NCBI GenBank assembly: GCA_040218735.1
Contig: JAVJQW010000043.1
Coordinates: 96,001-160,000, forward strand
Length of the DNA: 64,000 nucleotides
DNA from: Deltaproteobacteria bacterium
GTDB lineage: Bacteria > Myxococcota > Kuafuiibacteriia > Kuafuiibacteriales > Kuafuiibacteriaceae
Direction: 5' to 3'
A model generated the notes under the pieces. That model was not told the origin of the DNA. It saw only the letters and a program-made list of their open reading frames with translations, and made no database searches. Numbering within the stretch: position 1 is the first letter of the stretch; each line of letters opens with the position of its first letter. This document shows, piece after piece, positions 1 to 9,775 of the stretch. The position numbers were made by a program, and so were the translations under genes.

Positions 1-333
1 GATCTGCTGTTCGACGACGTCGTCGTCGAGTGTGCCGGGGAAGAGGAGCAGCTCGGTGTTCGCCGCGCGGATCAGCGCGCCGCGGCGACCGGTCTGCGGA
101 TGGGACCAACGACGGTCGACGGTGATGCGGTTGTCGGGCGACAGGGTGTGGATGCGCCACCGGCCGGCGTCGATCAGCACCAAGAAGTGACGAGGTGCGA
201 TGTGGCGATCGTCGAGTACGAGATCGTTGTCGCGCGCGGCACCGACAGAGATGCGCTTGCGGACGGTCCTGAGCACGGCACCCTTGTTGGCGCCCTTGAG
301 CACCGCCAACGAAAAGGGTTTTGGCTCGCTCAT
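1..333 (-). CDS. FHA-domain protein (partial, runs off the window start)
   Basis: Manual translation from ATG at 333 gives MSEPKPFSLAVLKGANKGAVLRTVRKRISVGAARDNDLVLDDRHIAPRHFLV, an FHA-like pattern (vG...dNDlvL.D..i...H). Not in the ORF track because it is truncated. Confidence 0.65.
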   Translation of the reverse strand, partial: MSEPKPFSLAVLKGANKGAVLRTVRKRISVGAARDNDLVLDDRHIAPRHFLVLIDAGRWRIHTLSPDNRITVDRRWSHPQTGRRGALIRAANTELLLFPGTLDDDVVEQQI

Positions 334-464
334 CGACCCACCCGGGCAGTTCCCGGCGCGAAAAAGCCTAGCCCGCTCGCCCACCGCCAGCAACAATCCG
401 ACGCGGTCGTGACGGTTCGAGGCTCGCCATGGACTCGATCGCGGATACGGGTTAGGGGGAAGAC

Positions 465-1073
465 GTGCATCGAACCGCGCGTTTGGGGACGTTCGTGGGC
501 GCGCTGCTCCTCGCAGGCTTCGGCTGCAGCAGCGTCTGTCCGGCCATCCCCCAGGCCGAAAAACAGACCTTCCTGTCCGTCCGGCCAGAGGAAGGCGGCT
601 ACGTCATCGGGGCCAACGACGAGCTCCAGATCGAGGTCTGGCAGAACACTCAGCTGACCCGCCGCGTCCGCGTCCGGCCCGACGGCCGAATCACGCTGCC
701 GCTGGTGAACGACGTCCAGGCCGCCGGGGACACGGTCCCGCAGTTTCAGAAGCGCCTGACGGAGGCCCTGAAGCACTACATCAAGGACCCGATCGTCAGC
801 ATCACGGTCAGCAACTTCAGCCAGAAGCAGATCTTCATCCAGGGCCAGGTCCGCAACAGCGCCGCCTACGGCTACACGGGTGACATGCACCTGCTCCAGG
901 CGCTGACCATCGCGGGGGGCGCTTCGCCGTTCGCGGAGGGGTGCGCGGTCATCGTGCGTCGCAAGGGCGAGGAGTTCGTCCGGTACGACGTCGAGCTGAT
1001 GCCGATCATCTCGGGCGAGAACCTGAAAGAAAACATCTCGCTCCAGCCGAACGACGTCGTTACCGTTCACTGA
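465..1073 (+). CDS. Polysaccharide biosynthesis/export lipoprotein (Wza/OPX-like, PES + SLBB domains)
   Basis: Lipobox LLLAGFGC; YVIGANDELQIEVW..VRPDGRITLPLVNDVQAAG motif; C-terminal LQPNDVVTV. Confidence 0.9.
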   Translation: MHRTARLGTFVGALLLAGFGCSSVCPAIPQAEKQTFLSVRPEEGGYVIGANDELQIEVWQNTQLTRRVRVRPDGRITLPLVNDVQAAGDTVPQFQKRLTEALKHYIKDPIVSITVSNFSQKQIFIQGQVRNSAAYGYTGDMHLLQALTIAGGASPFAEGCAVIVRRKGEEFVRYDVELMPIISGENLKENISLQPNDVVTVH

Positions 1074-2609
1074 GTGCTTCTCCAGCGCACGCCCTTCGCC
1101 CTGCTCGCGGCCGCGATGTCGGGCGCGTTCTACTTCCTCGGCTTCGTCGGCTTCGACATCTGGCCGCTGATCTTCATCTTCTGCGTCCCGGTGCTCCTCG
1201 CGCTGCGCGGGACGACGACGCGTCGCGCGCTGCTGCTCGGCGCGACCGCCGGCTTCGTCGCGAACCTCGGCGGCTACTACTGGGTCATCCACCTGCTGAA
1301 GGAGTTCGCCGGGCTGCCGCTGCCGCTCGCGCTCCTGGGGTACGTGCTCCTGTGTCTGTACCAGGGCTTCCTGGTCGGGCCGGTGATGGCGCTGGTGCGG
1401 ATCGCGGATCGGGATCTCCTTATCCCGCCGATCGTCGCGCTCCCGATCGCGTTCTGCGCGTTGGAGTGGGGCTACCCGCTCCTGTTCCCGAGTTACATCG
1501 GCAATGCGCTGTACCTCGCGCCGGTCCTCACGCAGACCGCCGACCTGTTCGGCATGTACACCCTCACCGTCCTGATCTGCGTCGTGAACGGCGCGATCTA
1601 CGCGGTGCTGACGTCGCGCCTCGACCGCGCGCCGCTCCCGATCAAACCGGCGATCGCCGGAGCCGTCGTGCTGGTGCTCTCCGTCGTCTACGGCTTCGTC
1701 CGCCTCGGGCAGGTCGAGGACACGATCACCTCCGCGCCCAAGTTGAAGACCGCGATGATCCAGACCAACCTCGGCGCGCGCGACAAAGCCGAGAAACGCA
1801 GTGAGTTCATCCGGCGCCACCAGGCGATGTCGCGCGAAGCGGTTGCCTCTCACCGCGACCTCGATCTGATCGTGTGGCCGGAGTCCGCGTACAACCGCTG
1901 GATCCCGCGCTCGACGGAGAACCTCAAGCTCGTCACCGGCGACCTCGGCGTCCCGCTGATCTTCGGCGCGCTGACCTGGGAACAGGGGCCCGACAAGGAG
2001 CGCTTCACGTACAACACCGCCGTCGCGACGTCCTCGACGGGCGCGGTGCTGGAGTACTTCGACAAGATCGAGCTGCTGATGTTCGGCGAGACGATCCCGC
2101 TGATCGAGACGTTCCCGCAGATCAAACGCTGGTTCCCGCGCAGCTCCACGTTCACGCGCGGCACGAACTTCTCGTCGTTCGAGATCGCCGGGACGACCGC
2201 GCTCCCGACGATCTGCTACGAGGACATCATCCCGTCGATCGTCCGCCGCATCTACAACCAAGGCGGCGGCGCCGAGGTGCTCGTGAACATCACGAACGAC
2301 TCCTGGTACGGCGACACCCACGAGCCGCTGATCCACCTCGTGCTCGCGACATTCCGGAGCATCGAGACGCGGCGCGCGATGATCCGCTCCACCAACACCG
2401 GCATCAGCGCGTTCATCGATCCCGCCGGACGCATCACGAAGCGCACGGGCCAGTGGACGAAGGAGATCCTCGTGCACGACGTCCCCCTCGTGAAGGACGG
2501 CGGTCGCACGGTCTACATGATCGTCGGCGACGTCGTCGCCTACGCGTCGGCGCTGCTGGTCGTCGTCGGGTGGTTCATGGCCCGACGAGCTCGCCGGCGT
2601 AGACGTTGA
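1074..2609 (+). CDS. lnt: Apolipoprotein N-acyltransferase
   Basis: Multiple N-terminal TM segments; nitrilase-fold motifs IVWPESA, FDKIELLMFGE, ICYED, NITNDSWYG, RSTNTGISAFID. Confidence 0.95.
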   Translation: MLLQRTPFALLAAAMSGAFYFLGFVGFDIWPLIFIFCVPVLLALRGTTTRRALLLGATAGFVANLGGYYWVIHLLKEFAGLPLPLALLGYVLLCLYQGFLVGPVMALVRIADRDLLIPPIVALPIAFCALEWGYPLLFPSYIGNALYLAPVLTQTADLFGMYTLTVLICVVNGAIYAVLTSRLDRAPLPIKPAIAGAVVLVLSVVYGFVRLGQVEDTITSAPKLKTAMIQTNLGARDKAEKRSEFIRRHQAMSREAVASHRDLDLIVWPESAYNRWIPRSTENLKLVTGDLGVPLIFGALTWEQGPDKERFTYNTAVATSSTGAVLEYFDKIELLMFGETIPLIETFPQIKRWFPRSSTFTRGTNFSSFEIAGTTALPTICYEDIIPSIVRRIYNQGGGAEVLVNITNDSWYGDTHEPLIHLVLATFRSIETRRAMIRSTNTGISAFIDPAGRITKRTGQWTKEILVHDVPLVKDGGRTVYMIVGDVVAYASALLVVVGWFMARRARRRRR

Positions 2610-3393
2610 GGTTGCCGCCGCGCACGAACCCGACGAGCCCCATGTTCGACGCGTTCGCGAGCTGCACCGCGAGGCTCGACGGCGCGCTCACCGCGGCCAC
2701 CGTCTGAATCCGCGCGACGAGCGCCTTCTGGATGATCTCGAACGACGTTCGTCCCGACACCATCAGCGTCGCGCCCCTCAGCGGGAGCAGCTCGCGCATC
2801 ATCAGGAAGCCGACGCACTTGTCGACGGCGTTGTGCCGGCCGACGTCCTCGCGCGCGACGACGAGCTGCCCGTCCGCGTCGAACACCGCCGCGCCGTGCA
2901 GGCCGCCGGTCGAGTCGAAGACCTGCTGCGCGGCGCGCAGGCGATCCGGGAGCGGGAGGATCCTGTCCGCGACGATCTCGGGCGCGCGCTCGAAGGGCGG
3001 GGCGTTGCTGTGCAGCGCCTCGATGCTCCGTTTGCCGCAGACGCCGCAGCTCGCGGAGGTGACGGTGGCGCGCTCGGCGCGACGCTGACCGAGGAGGGCC
3101 TCCGCGCTCTCGCGGACCGAGCCGATCAGCCGCACCTCGACGATGTTCTCCGGCTCGTCGGCGTCCGCGCTCGTGCAGTGGCGGATGCTCTCGAGGTCGT
3201 CGCTGCTGCGGATGATCTCCTCGGCGCACAGAAACCCGGCGGCGAGCTCCATGTCGTGTCCGGGCGTGCGCATCACGACGGCGAGGGCCTCGCCGTGCAG
3301 GCGGATCTCGAGGGGCTCCTCGGCGGCGACGGTGTCCGAGCGGGACAGGTAGCCGCCGTCCTGGAGGGCCTGCACACCGACGTCGTGCGTCAT
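2575..3393 (-). CDS. fdhD: Formate dehydrogenase accessory sulfurtransferase
   Basis: EEPLEI, MRTPGHD.ELAAGF, SASCGVCG, TGGLHGA, REDVGRHNAVDK, SGRTSFE, SAPSSLA. Start is 3393 or 3405. Confidence 0.93.
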   Translation of the reverse strand: MTHDVGVQALQDGGYLSRSDTVAAEEPLEIRLHGEALAVVMRTPGHDMELAAGFLCAEEIIRSSDDLESIRHCTSADADEPENIVEVRLIGSVRESAEALLGQRRAERATVTSASCGVCGKRSIEALHSNAPPFERAPEIVADRILPLPDRLRAAQQVFDSTGGLHGAAVFDADGQLVVAREDVGRHNAVDKCVGFLMMRELLPLRGATLMVSGRTSFEIIQKALVARIQTVAAVSAPSSLAVQLANASNMGLVGFVRGGNLNVYAGELVGP

Positions 3394-3478
3394 GGAGAGC
3401 GGCATGGTCGTCAAAGCGTAGCGAGGCCGATTCGCGCTGGCAAAACGCGATCGCACTTTGCTACGACCGCCGGACTTC

Positions 3479-4822
3479 ATGGTCTCAGCAGCCCAGACGT
3501 CGGCACCCGCCGGCGCCAGCAAGATGCCCAAGGGCATCCCGTTCATCATCGGCAACGAGGCCGCGGAACGTTTCTCCTACTACGGGATGCGCGGCATCCT
3601 CGTCGTCTTCATGACGCAGTACCTCCTCGACCAGTCGGGGGCGCTCGCGGTCATGCCCGAGGCGGAGGCGAAGGGCTGGTACCACACCTTCAGCTCGGCG
3701 GTGTACGCGTTCCCGATCCTCGGCGCGCTCCTGAGCGATGCGTGGCTCGGCAAGTACAAGACGATCCTCGGCTTCTCGATCATCTACTGCCTCGGGCACC
3801 TCGCGCTCGCGCTGGACGAGACGCGCATGGGGCTGTCGGTCGGATTGGGGCTGATCGCGCTCGGGTCGGGCGGGATCAAACCGTGTGTGTCGGCGTACGT
3901 CGGCGACCAGTTCGGGGAGGGCAACCAACACCTGATGAGTCGGGTGTTCAGCTGGTTCTACTTCTCGATCAACTTCGGCTCGTTCTTCGCGACGATGCTC
4001 ACGCCGTGGCTCCTCAAGAACTACGGCCCGCAGGTCGCGTTCGGCGTGCCCGGCGGCCTGATGCTGCTCGCGACGATCATCTTCGTGATGGGCACGAAGA
4101 GCTACAAGAACGCGCCCCCGAAGGGGATGCAGTTCGTGAAGGAGGCCTTCAGCCGCGAAGGCCTCGTCGCGATCGGCAAGCTCGCGTTGGTGATGTTGTT
4201 CCTCGCGCCCTACTACGCGCTCTTCGAGCAGCAGGGCTCGTCGTGGATCCTCCAGGCGAAGCAGATGGACCTCTCGCTCCCGCTCGTCGGCGAGCTGCTC
4301 CCGTCGCAGATCCACTCCGTGAACCCGCTGCTGGTGATGGTCTACATCCCGCTGTTCACGTACGTGGTGTACCCCGCGTTCGAGAAGTTCTGGCCGTTGA
4401 ACCCGCTGCGGAAGATCGGGCTCGGGTTCTTCGTGGTGGCGTCGTCGTTTGCGGTCTGCGGCTTCGTCGAGACCATGATCGCGGGGGGCGCACGGCCCTC
4501 GATCTGGTGGCAGCTGCTCGCCTACGCGCTGATCACCGCGGGTGAGATTCTGATCTCCGTCACCGCGCTGGAGTTCTTCTACACGCAGGCGCCGCGCAAG
4601 ATGAAGTCGGCGATCATGTCGATCAAGATGTTCTCGGTGTCGCTCGGCAACGGCGTCACGGCGGTGGTGAACTTCATGATCCTGAACGACGACGGCTCGT
4701 CGAAGCTCCCCGGCGCGACGTACTTCTGGTTCTTCGTCGGCATGATGGTGCTGACGGGGGTGTTGTTCATCCCCGTGGCGAAGGCCTACGAGATCAAGAA
4801 CTACATGCAGGAAGGCGAGTAG
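3479..4822 (+). CDS. POT/PTR2-family proton-dependent oligopeptide transporter (MFS)
   Basis: ExxERFSYYG motif (EAAERFSYYGMR), GGIKPCVSA..GDQF, FYFSINFG; many TM segments. Confidence 0.95.
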   Translation: MVSAAQTSAPAGASKMPKGIPFIIGNEAAERFSYYGMRGILVVFMTQYLLDQSGALAVMPEAEAKGWYHTFSSAVYAFPILGALLSDAWLGKYKTILGFSIIYCLGHLALALDETRMGLSVGLGLIALGSGGIKPCVSAYVGDQFGEGNQHLMSRVFSWFYFSINFGSFFATMLTPWLLKNYGPQVAFGVPGGLMLLATIIFVMGTKSYKNAPPKGMQFVKEAFSREGLVAIGKLALVMLFLAPYYALFEQQGSSWILQAKQMDLSLPLVGELLPSQIHSVNPLLVMVYIPLFTYVVYPAFEKFWPLNPLRKIGLGFFVVASSFAVCGFVETMIAGGARPSIWWQLLAYALITAGEILISVTALEFFYTQAPRKMKSAIMSIKMFSVSLGNGVTAVVNFMILNDDGSSKLPGATYFWFFVGMMVLTGVLFIPVAKAYEIKNYMQEGE

Positions 4823-5895
4823 TGCGCCGCGCGGCGATCGCGCTGCTGTTCGCCGCCGGCTGCGCGCCGCAGGCCGCCATCCCCTACGACCTGGCGCGGG
4901 TCGAGACCGCGCCTTCGCCGCGTCACGATCGCGTGATCGCGATCCTGCCGCTCGAGGACGGCCGCAAGGTGAACGAGGCGCCCGACAAGAAGGGGCGCTT
5001 CGTCTACAACCGCACCGAGTACGCCGGGACGCGCCTCGACGATCTCCCCGGCAACCCGATGTGGCGCGTGACGGAGGTGCTCGGACAACACCTCGCGCGG
5101 ACGAACCACTTCGCGAAGGTGCTGCTCGTGTTGAGCCGCGACCAGGCGCCGGAGGCGGACCTGTTCCTCACCGGGACCGTGCTGCGCGCGCGCGGGTACG
5201 TGGAGGCCAACGCGCCCGACAAGAAGTCGGGGCGCCCCGAGAACGAGCGGAAGATCCTGTCGGAGGTGCTGCTCGAGGACCTGCGCATCGTCGATCGCGA
5301 GGGGCGGCGGCTGATGGACGTGAGCGTGGGGTGGTCCTCGACGTCGAAGGAGCTCGTGCCCGAGGGGCAGACGATCGACCCCTGGCGGGTGCTCGCGAAG
5401 TCGATGCGCGTGGCGATCACCGACTTCGCCGACGTGATCGCGAAGGCGGATCTCTCGGGGGCGTTCGTGGTGGAGGACGAGGTGGCGATGACCGACACCG
5501 CGACCACCGGCTTCGCGGCGCTGGAGGGGGCGACACCTTCGGGGTGGAAGTTCACGGCGACGTCGTCGACGTCGGCGCCGATCGGGTGGACCGGCAAGCC
5601 AGCTTGCAAGCAGGTTCGCTTTCAGCAGCGGCAGACCGTGCGCTTTCACCGCTTCCTCGGCCCGTACCGTCCAAGGGTCGTGGTGTGGTCGTGCCCGGAC
5701 ACGGTCGCGTTTTCGTACGACGCGAAGGCGGACTTCCCGGCGAAGTTCGTGGGGACGCGCGGGCGGGCGCGGTTCTTCGTGCACCGGGTGGGCGAGAGCA
5801 ACTGGCCGAAGGCGGAGGAGCAGGTGAGGACGCGCCTCGGCGCGCGACAGCCGCAGCGCAGGCACGTCTTCGAGCTGCCGGCCGCTCCCCCCTGA
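4822..5895 (+). CDS. Hypothetical lipoprotein
   Basis: Lipobox LLFAAGC; overlaps the transporter stop by 1 nt; host-like codon usage. Confidence 0.75.
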   Translation: MRRAAIALLFAAGCAPQAAIPYDLARVETAPSPRHDRVIAILPLEDGRKVNEAPDKKGRFVYNRTEYAGTRLDDLPGNPMWRVTEVLGQHLARTNHFAKVLLVLSRDQAPEADLFLTGTVLRARGYVEANAPDKKSGRPENERKILSEVLLEDLRIVDREGRRLMDVSVGWSSTSKELVPEGQTIDPWRVLAKSMRVAITDFADVIAKADLSGAFVVEDEVAMTDTATTGFAALEGATPSGWKFTATSSTSAPIGWTGKPACKQVRFQQRQTVRFHRFLGPYRPRVVVWSCPDTVAFSYDAKADFPAKFVGTRGRARFFVHRVGESNWPKAEEQVRTRLGARQPQRRHVFELPAAPP

Positions 5896-5900
5896 CATGG

Positions 5901-6035
5901 TCAGTTACACGCGATCGCGAGGTCCAGCTCGCCGATCATGTGTCCGCGCGCGGGGCTGTCGAAGAAGCCGGAGACGGCGATCGACTTGTTCGTCGGCAGG
6001 CCGCCGTAGACGGTCGAGCTCTCGATGTTGGCGGT
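5901..6035 (-). pseudogene. Probable 3' gene remnant
   Basis: Frame TANIESSTVYGGLPTNKSIAVSGFFDSPARGHMIGELDLAIACN* has strong GC3 bias but is preceded by an in-frame TGA with no start. Confidence 0.35.
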
Positions 6036-6223
6036 TCACGCCGGGAGGAGGGGGAGGAGGAGGCGAGTCGAGTCAGCGTCATGTAGCGGCATATGCCGCG
6101 GCATGTGGGGATCTCAAGCCTCCACCAGGCCCGCAGGGGGCCGTTTGACGCCCCGACGATGCGCAATTGATGCCCTTCCGACTATCTCTGAACCCTTGAT
6201 GGTGGCAAGAACAGGGCCAGCGC

Positions 6224-7375
6224 ATGTCGTCGGCGGCGGGAGCGTTTGGGCGGTACGAGCTCGTTCGCAAGATCGCGGACGGAGGCATGGCCTCCATTTA
6301 TCTCGCGACGACGCAGGGGCCCGGTGGCTTCGCCAAGCCGTGCGTGATCAAACGCATTCGTCCTGAATACTCCGCGGCACCAAGCTTCCGCGAGATGCTC
6401 GTGCGCGAAGCCAAGGTCGCCGCGCTCCTCAGCCATCCGAACATCGTCCAGGTCTTCGACTTCGGTGAGGTCGACGGCGAGTACTTCCTCACGATGGAGT
6501 ACGTGGAAGGGATGCCGCTCTCGCGCCTCATTACGCGCGAGTGGCGAGCCCAGCGCAGGCTGCCCATCCCCGTCGCGTTGTCGGTCGCGCTCGAGATCGC
6601 GCGTGCGCTCGAGTACATCGCGGTTGGCGTCACGGTCGACGGTCAGCTCACGAAGATCGTCCACCGCGACGTCTCGCCGAGCAACGTGCTCGTCGCCACC
6701 ACCGGCGCGGTGAAGCTGACGGACTTCGGCATCGTCAAGGTGCTCGAAGCGTCCGCCGCGACGGTCGCCGGCGTCATCAAGGGCAAGTACGCGTACATGT
6801 CCCCCGAGCAACTGGGAGGTCGCGCGCTGGACATCCGATCCGATCTCTTCTCGTTGGGCGTCGTCCTGTTCGAGTCGTTGACCTCCAAGCGGCTCTTCCG
6901 ACGTCCGGACGTGGCCGCGACGATCGCGGCCGTGCTCGGTGCGCAGGTCCCGGCGGTGTCGTCGCTCGTGCCCGAGGTGCCGCCCGAGGTCGACGCGATC
7001 GTCGCGCGGGCCCTCGCCAAGGATCCGGATGCTCGTTACGCGCACGCATCCGATCTCATCGCGGATCTCGAAGCGGCCCTCGCGATCCTCCCGGACCAAC
7101 GCCACGCGGATCGTCAGCGCGCCGAGGTCGTGAACCGCAACGTCGTCGGACGGGACATCGACGTCGACGACACCGTCTCGACGACACCCTCTCCGCTGGG
7201 CGACGCGCTCCTGGGGGACGTCCCCCTCGTCGCGGAGCCCCTTTGGCCAGGCACGGTCGTGGCCGCATTCGAATCCGACGATGTGAGCGCGGGTGGCGCG
7301 TCTTGGTGGATGTTGGCGGCCGTACTCCTCGCCGCCGTCATGTCCCTCGCGTTCTGGCTGTTCGTCCTCGACTGA
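6224..7375 (+). CDS. Hanks-type Ser/Thr protein kinase with C-terminal TM helix
   Basis: IADGGMASIY, CVIKRI, HRDVSPSN, DFG, GKYAYMSPEQ, SDLFSLG; hydrophobic C-terminus. Confidence 0.95.
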   Translation: MSSAAGAFGRYELVRKIADGGMASIYLATTQGPGGFAKPCVIKRIRPEYSAAPSFREMLVREAKVAALLSHPNIVQVFDFGEVDGEYFLTMEYVEGMPLSRLITREWRAQRRLPIPVALSVALEIARALEYIAVGVTVDGQLTKIVHRDVSPSNVLVATTGAVKLTDFGIVKVLEASAATVAGVIKGKYAYMSPEQLGGRALDIRSDLFSLGVVLFESLTSKRLFRRPDVAATIAAVLGAQVPAVSSLVPEVPPEVDAIVARALAKDPDARYAHASDLIADLEAALAILPDQRHADRQRAEVVNRNVVGRDIDVDDTVSTTPSPLGDALLGDVPLVAEPLWPGTVVAAFESDDVSAGGASWWMLAAVLLAAVMSLAFWLFVLD

Positions 7376-7394
7376 CTCGCTTTGGAGGCTTGCG

Positions 7395-8774
7395 ATGCAC
7401 ACATCTCAGTTTGCCCAACCCCGACCACCTCCACCGAAACGTCCGTGGGCCGCGATCGGTATCGTCTTCGTGCTCGTCGTCGTGCTCGCGAACTTGGTCG
7501 GCTACATGCTGTACCGAGACCGCGGTCGAAAACCTGCGACGGAGCCGGTGGCTGCCGTCGAGGCACCGCCCGTCGCGCCGACCAACGGCGAGCAGGACGT
7601 CTCGGTCACCGCGCTCGCCAAGGAGCAGAGGCGGGAGGGGGTCAAGGCGCTGCGCGCCGGAAACTACACGCGCGCGATCGCGAACTTCGAGGCGGCGCTG
7701 AAGCTGGACCCCGAGCTCGAAGACACACTGACGCTGAGGGAGGTCGCTCAGCGGCTCGAGAAGTCCGTGCCCGAGGACGAGGCCGCGGCGCCGGCGCCGC
7801 CCGCGCCACGGCCGACGGTCAACAGAACGACACGTCCGAAGCGGCGCGAGTCGCGCCGTGTTCGCGAACGGCAGGCGCCACCGCCGCCGGTCGTCGTCGC
7901 GAGGGCGGACGTCGAAGAGCCGGACCCCGAGCCGGAGCCCGAGCCCGTCGCGCCGCCTCCGCCGCCCCCTCCGCCTGCGCCGCCGCCGGCGGAGTCGTCG
8001 AGCTCCGAGTTGGAGTCGGACGAGCGTCTGAACCTGGTCGCGCTGGTCGACCGGAACGTCGTCGACGATACCGTCCCGCCGGAGACGCCCAAGCCGGCGC
8101 GCGTCGAGCCGGCGCCGGCAGGACGCGAGGAGGCCGTGCGTCCGAGCAGCGGCGGGTCGCCGCGCCTGGTGGTGTTCTGGCCGGGGCGCTCGAGCGCCGC
8201 GCTCGCCGGGACGCTCCGTCCGGCGATGTCGGGCGTCGAGGTCGTGGTCACGTCGGAGAAGGCGTCGCTCCGAGCGGCGCTGGAGGGCGGCGCGGACGGG
8301 CTGATGGCGTCGCCGTCCGTCCTGCGGACGTATGGGCTCTCGGGGGCGATGACCGGCGCGAGTGAGGATGGCGGGCGCTACGTGGTCGCGTCCCTCTCGA
8401 ACGCGCTCACCAACGACGCGCTGCGCGGGATGACCGTCGGCATCGTCGACGAGCTCGGTCGCAGGGGCATGAAGTCCCTCGTCGCGAAGCTCCTCGGGGG
8501 GACGTCGCCGCGCCTGCGTCGGGTGACGAAGGTGGAAGACCTCTTGCCGCTGCTGCAGTTCTCGATCGCCGGCGCGGTGATCGTGCGGCAGCGCGACCTC
8601 GAAGGTTTGCGGTCGCGGACGGAGCAGAAGCTCTACACCCGCGTGTTGTCCAACCACAGCGAGCCCCTCGTGGTCGGGTTCGTGGAGGGTGGGCGTCGGT
8701 CGGTCGTCGAGCGCGCCGTGCGATCGATGAGCCCGGCGGCGCGGTCGAGTCTAGGAGTCGAATCGTGGCGATGA
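7395..8774 (+). CDS. Membrane-anchored protein with TPR, Pro-rich linker and putative periplasmic-binding-like domain
   Basis: GGAGG RBS at 7384; N-terminal TM; TPR (GVKALRAGNYTRAIANFEAALKLDP); poly-Pro linker; C-terminal alpha/beta domain (RRVTKVEDLLPLLQF). Confidence 0.7.
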   Translation: MHTSQFAQPRPPPPKRPWAAIGIVFVLVVVLANLVGYMLYRDRGRKPATEPVAAVEAPPVAPTNGEQDVSVTALAKEQRREGVKALRAGNYTRAIANFEAALKLDPELEDTLTLREVAQRLEKSVPEDEAAAPAPPAPRPTVNRTTRPKRRESRRVRERQAPPPPVVVARADVEEPDPEPEPEPVAPPPPPPPPAPPPAESSSSELESDERLNLVALVDRNVVDDTVPPETPKPARVEPAPAGREEAVRPSSGGSPRLVVFWPGRSSAALAGTLRPAMSGVEVVVTSEKASLRAALEGGADGLMASPSVLRTYGLSGAMTGASEDGGRYVVASLSNALTNDALRGMTVGIVDELGRRGMKSLVAKLLGGTSPRLRRVTKVEDLLPLLQFSIAGAVIVRQRDLEGLRSRTEQKLYTRVLSNHSEPLVVGFVEGGRRSVVERAVRSMSPAARSSLGVESWR

Positions 8775-9775
8775 CGAAGCGTCTTGCGTGGTTGATGGTG
8801 TGCTCGGGCCTGACGGCGTGCTCCGCGTCGTCGAAGCGGACGAGCGCCTTCGAGGATGTCGCGGTCGAGCCCCGCAGACCGAACCTCCCGGCGATCGTCG
8901 CGTTGATGCCGGACAGCCCTTCGGCGCGTGCGACGTACGACGGCATCGTCGAGGAGCTCGCGGAAGAGTACGACGTGCTCCCGCGGTTCATCGAAGAGGA
9001 CGCGCCGACGAGCGCCATCGCCGGGATCTTCGCCGCGGACCGCCCCTCCGCCGTCGTGTTGATGAACAACCCGACGGTTCGGCTCTACCGAAAGTTCCAG
9101 CGCGAGTCGTCGGCCGCCGAGCGAAGGGTGCCGGCCGTGGCGGTGTTGACCTCGTTCCTGCGGGAGTCGAGCGGTGGCATCGACAACCTCACCGGCATCG
9201 TCTACGAGGTCCCGCTCGTCACGAGCATGGTCAACCTGCGCGCGCTGCTCGACCAGCCCGTCAAGAAGGTCGGCGTGCTGCACCGGGCGTCGTTCGCTGC
9301 GTTCGTCGAGGAGCAGCGTCGGCTGTGCAAGGCGGAGGGGTTCGAGGTGGTCTCGCTGGAGGTGTCGGGCGACAACCGCGCGGAGATTCGCAACGGGCTC
9401 CGGCGGCTCCGCGAGGACAAGGCCGTCGACGCGATCTGGGTGCTGAACGACAACGTGCTGTTGGACCGCGACCTGTTGCTCCGCGGTTGGCTTCCGGGGC
9501 TCAGGGGGAACAAGACGCCCGTCGTCGTCAACGTGAGCACACTCGTCTCCGAGCGGGTGGACTTCGGGACCTTCGCGGTCGTCCCGGATCACCGGGCGCT
9601 GGGGACGCAGGCCGCGCAGATCCTCCTGGGCGTCGCGGAGTCGAATTGGCGGGTCCCGTCGGGGAGCTTCGAGTTTCCGCTCTCGGTTCAGAAGGTCCTC
9701 GACATCGGGTTCGCGCGAGAGAACCTGCGCGTCACGGAGCGTGAGCTCGCGACGATCGATCGGCTGGTGCAGTGA
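8771..9775 (+). CDS. ABC-type substrate-binding-like lipoprotein (ABC_sub_bind-like)
   Basis: Lipobox SGLTAC; LTGIVYEVP...KKVGVLH...VDAIWVLND...PDHRALGTQAAQI pattern; ATGA overlap with the upstream gene. Confidence 0.75.
   Translation: MTKRLAWLMVCSGLTACSASSKRTSAFEDVAVEPRRPNLPAIVALMPDSPSARATYDGIVEELAEEYDVLPRFIEEDAPTSAIAGIFAADRPSAVVLMNNPTVRLYRKFQRESSAAERRVPAVAVLTSFLRESSGGIDNLTGIVYEVPLVTSMVNLRALLDQPVKKVGVLHRASFAAFVEEQRRLCKAEGFEVVSLEVSGDNRAEIRNGLRRLREDKAVDAIWVLNDNVLLDRDLLLRGWLPGLRGNKTPVVVNVSTLVSERVDFGTFAVVPDHRALGTQAAQILLGVAESNWRVPSGSFEFPLSVQKVLDIGFARENLRVTERELATIDRLVQ

Noticed and set aside
2575-3393. Orphan fdhD as a sign of a special pathway
   Set aside because: fdhD is often unlinked from its target enzymes, and nothing else nearby supports a cluster.
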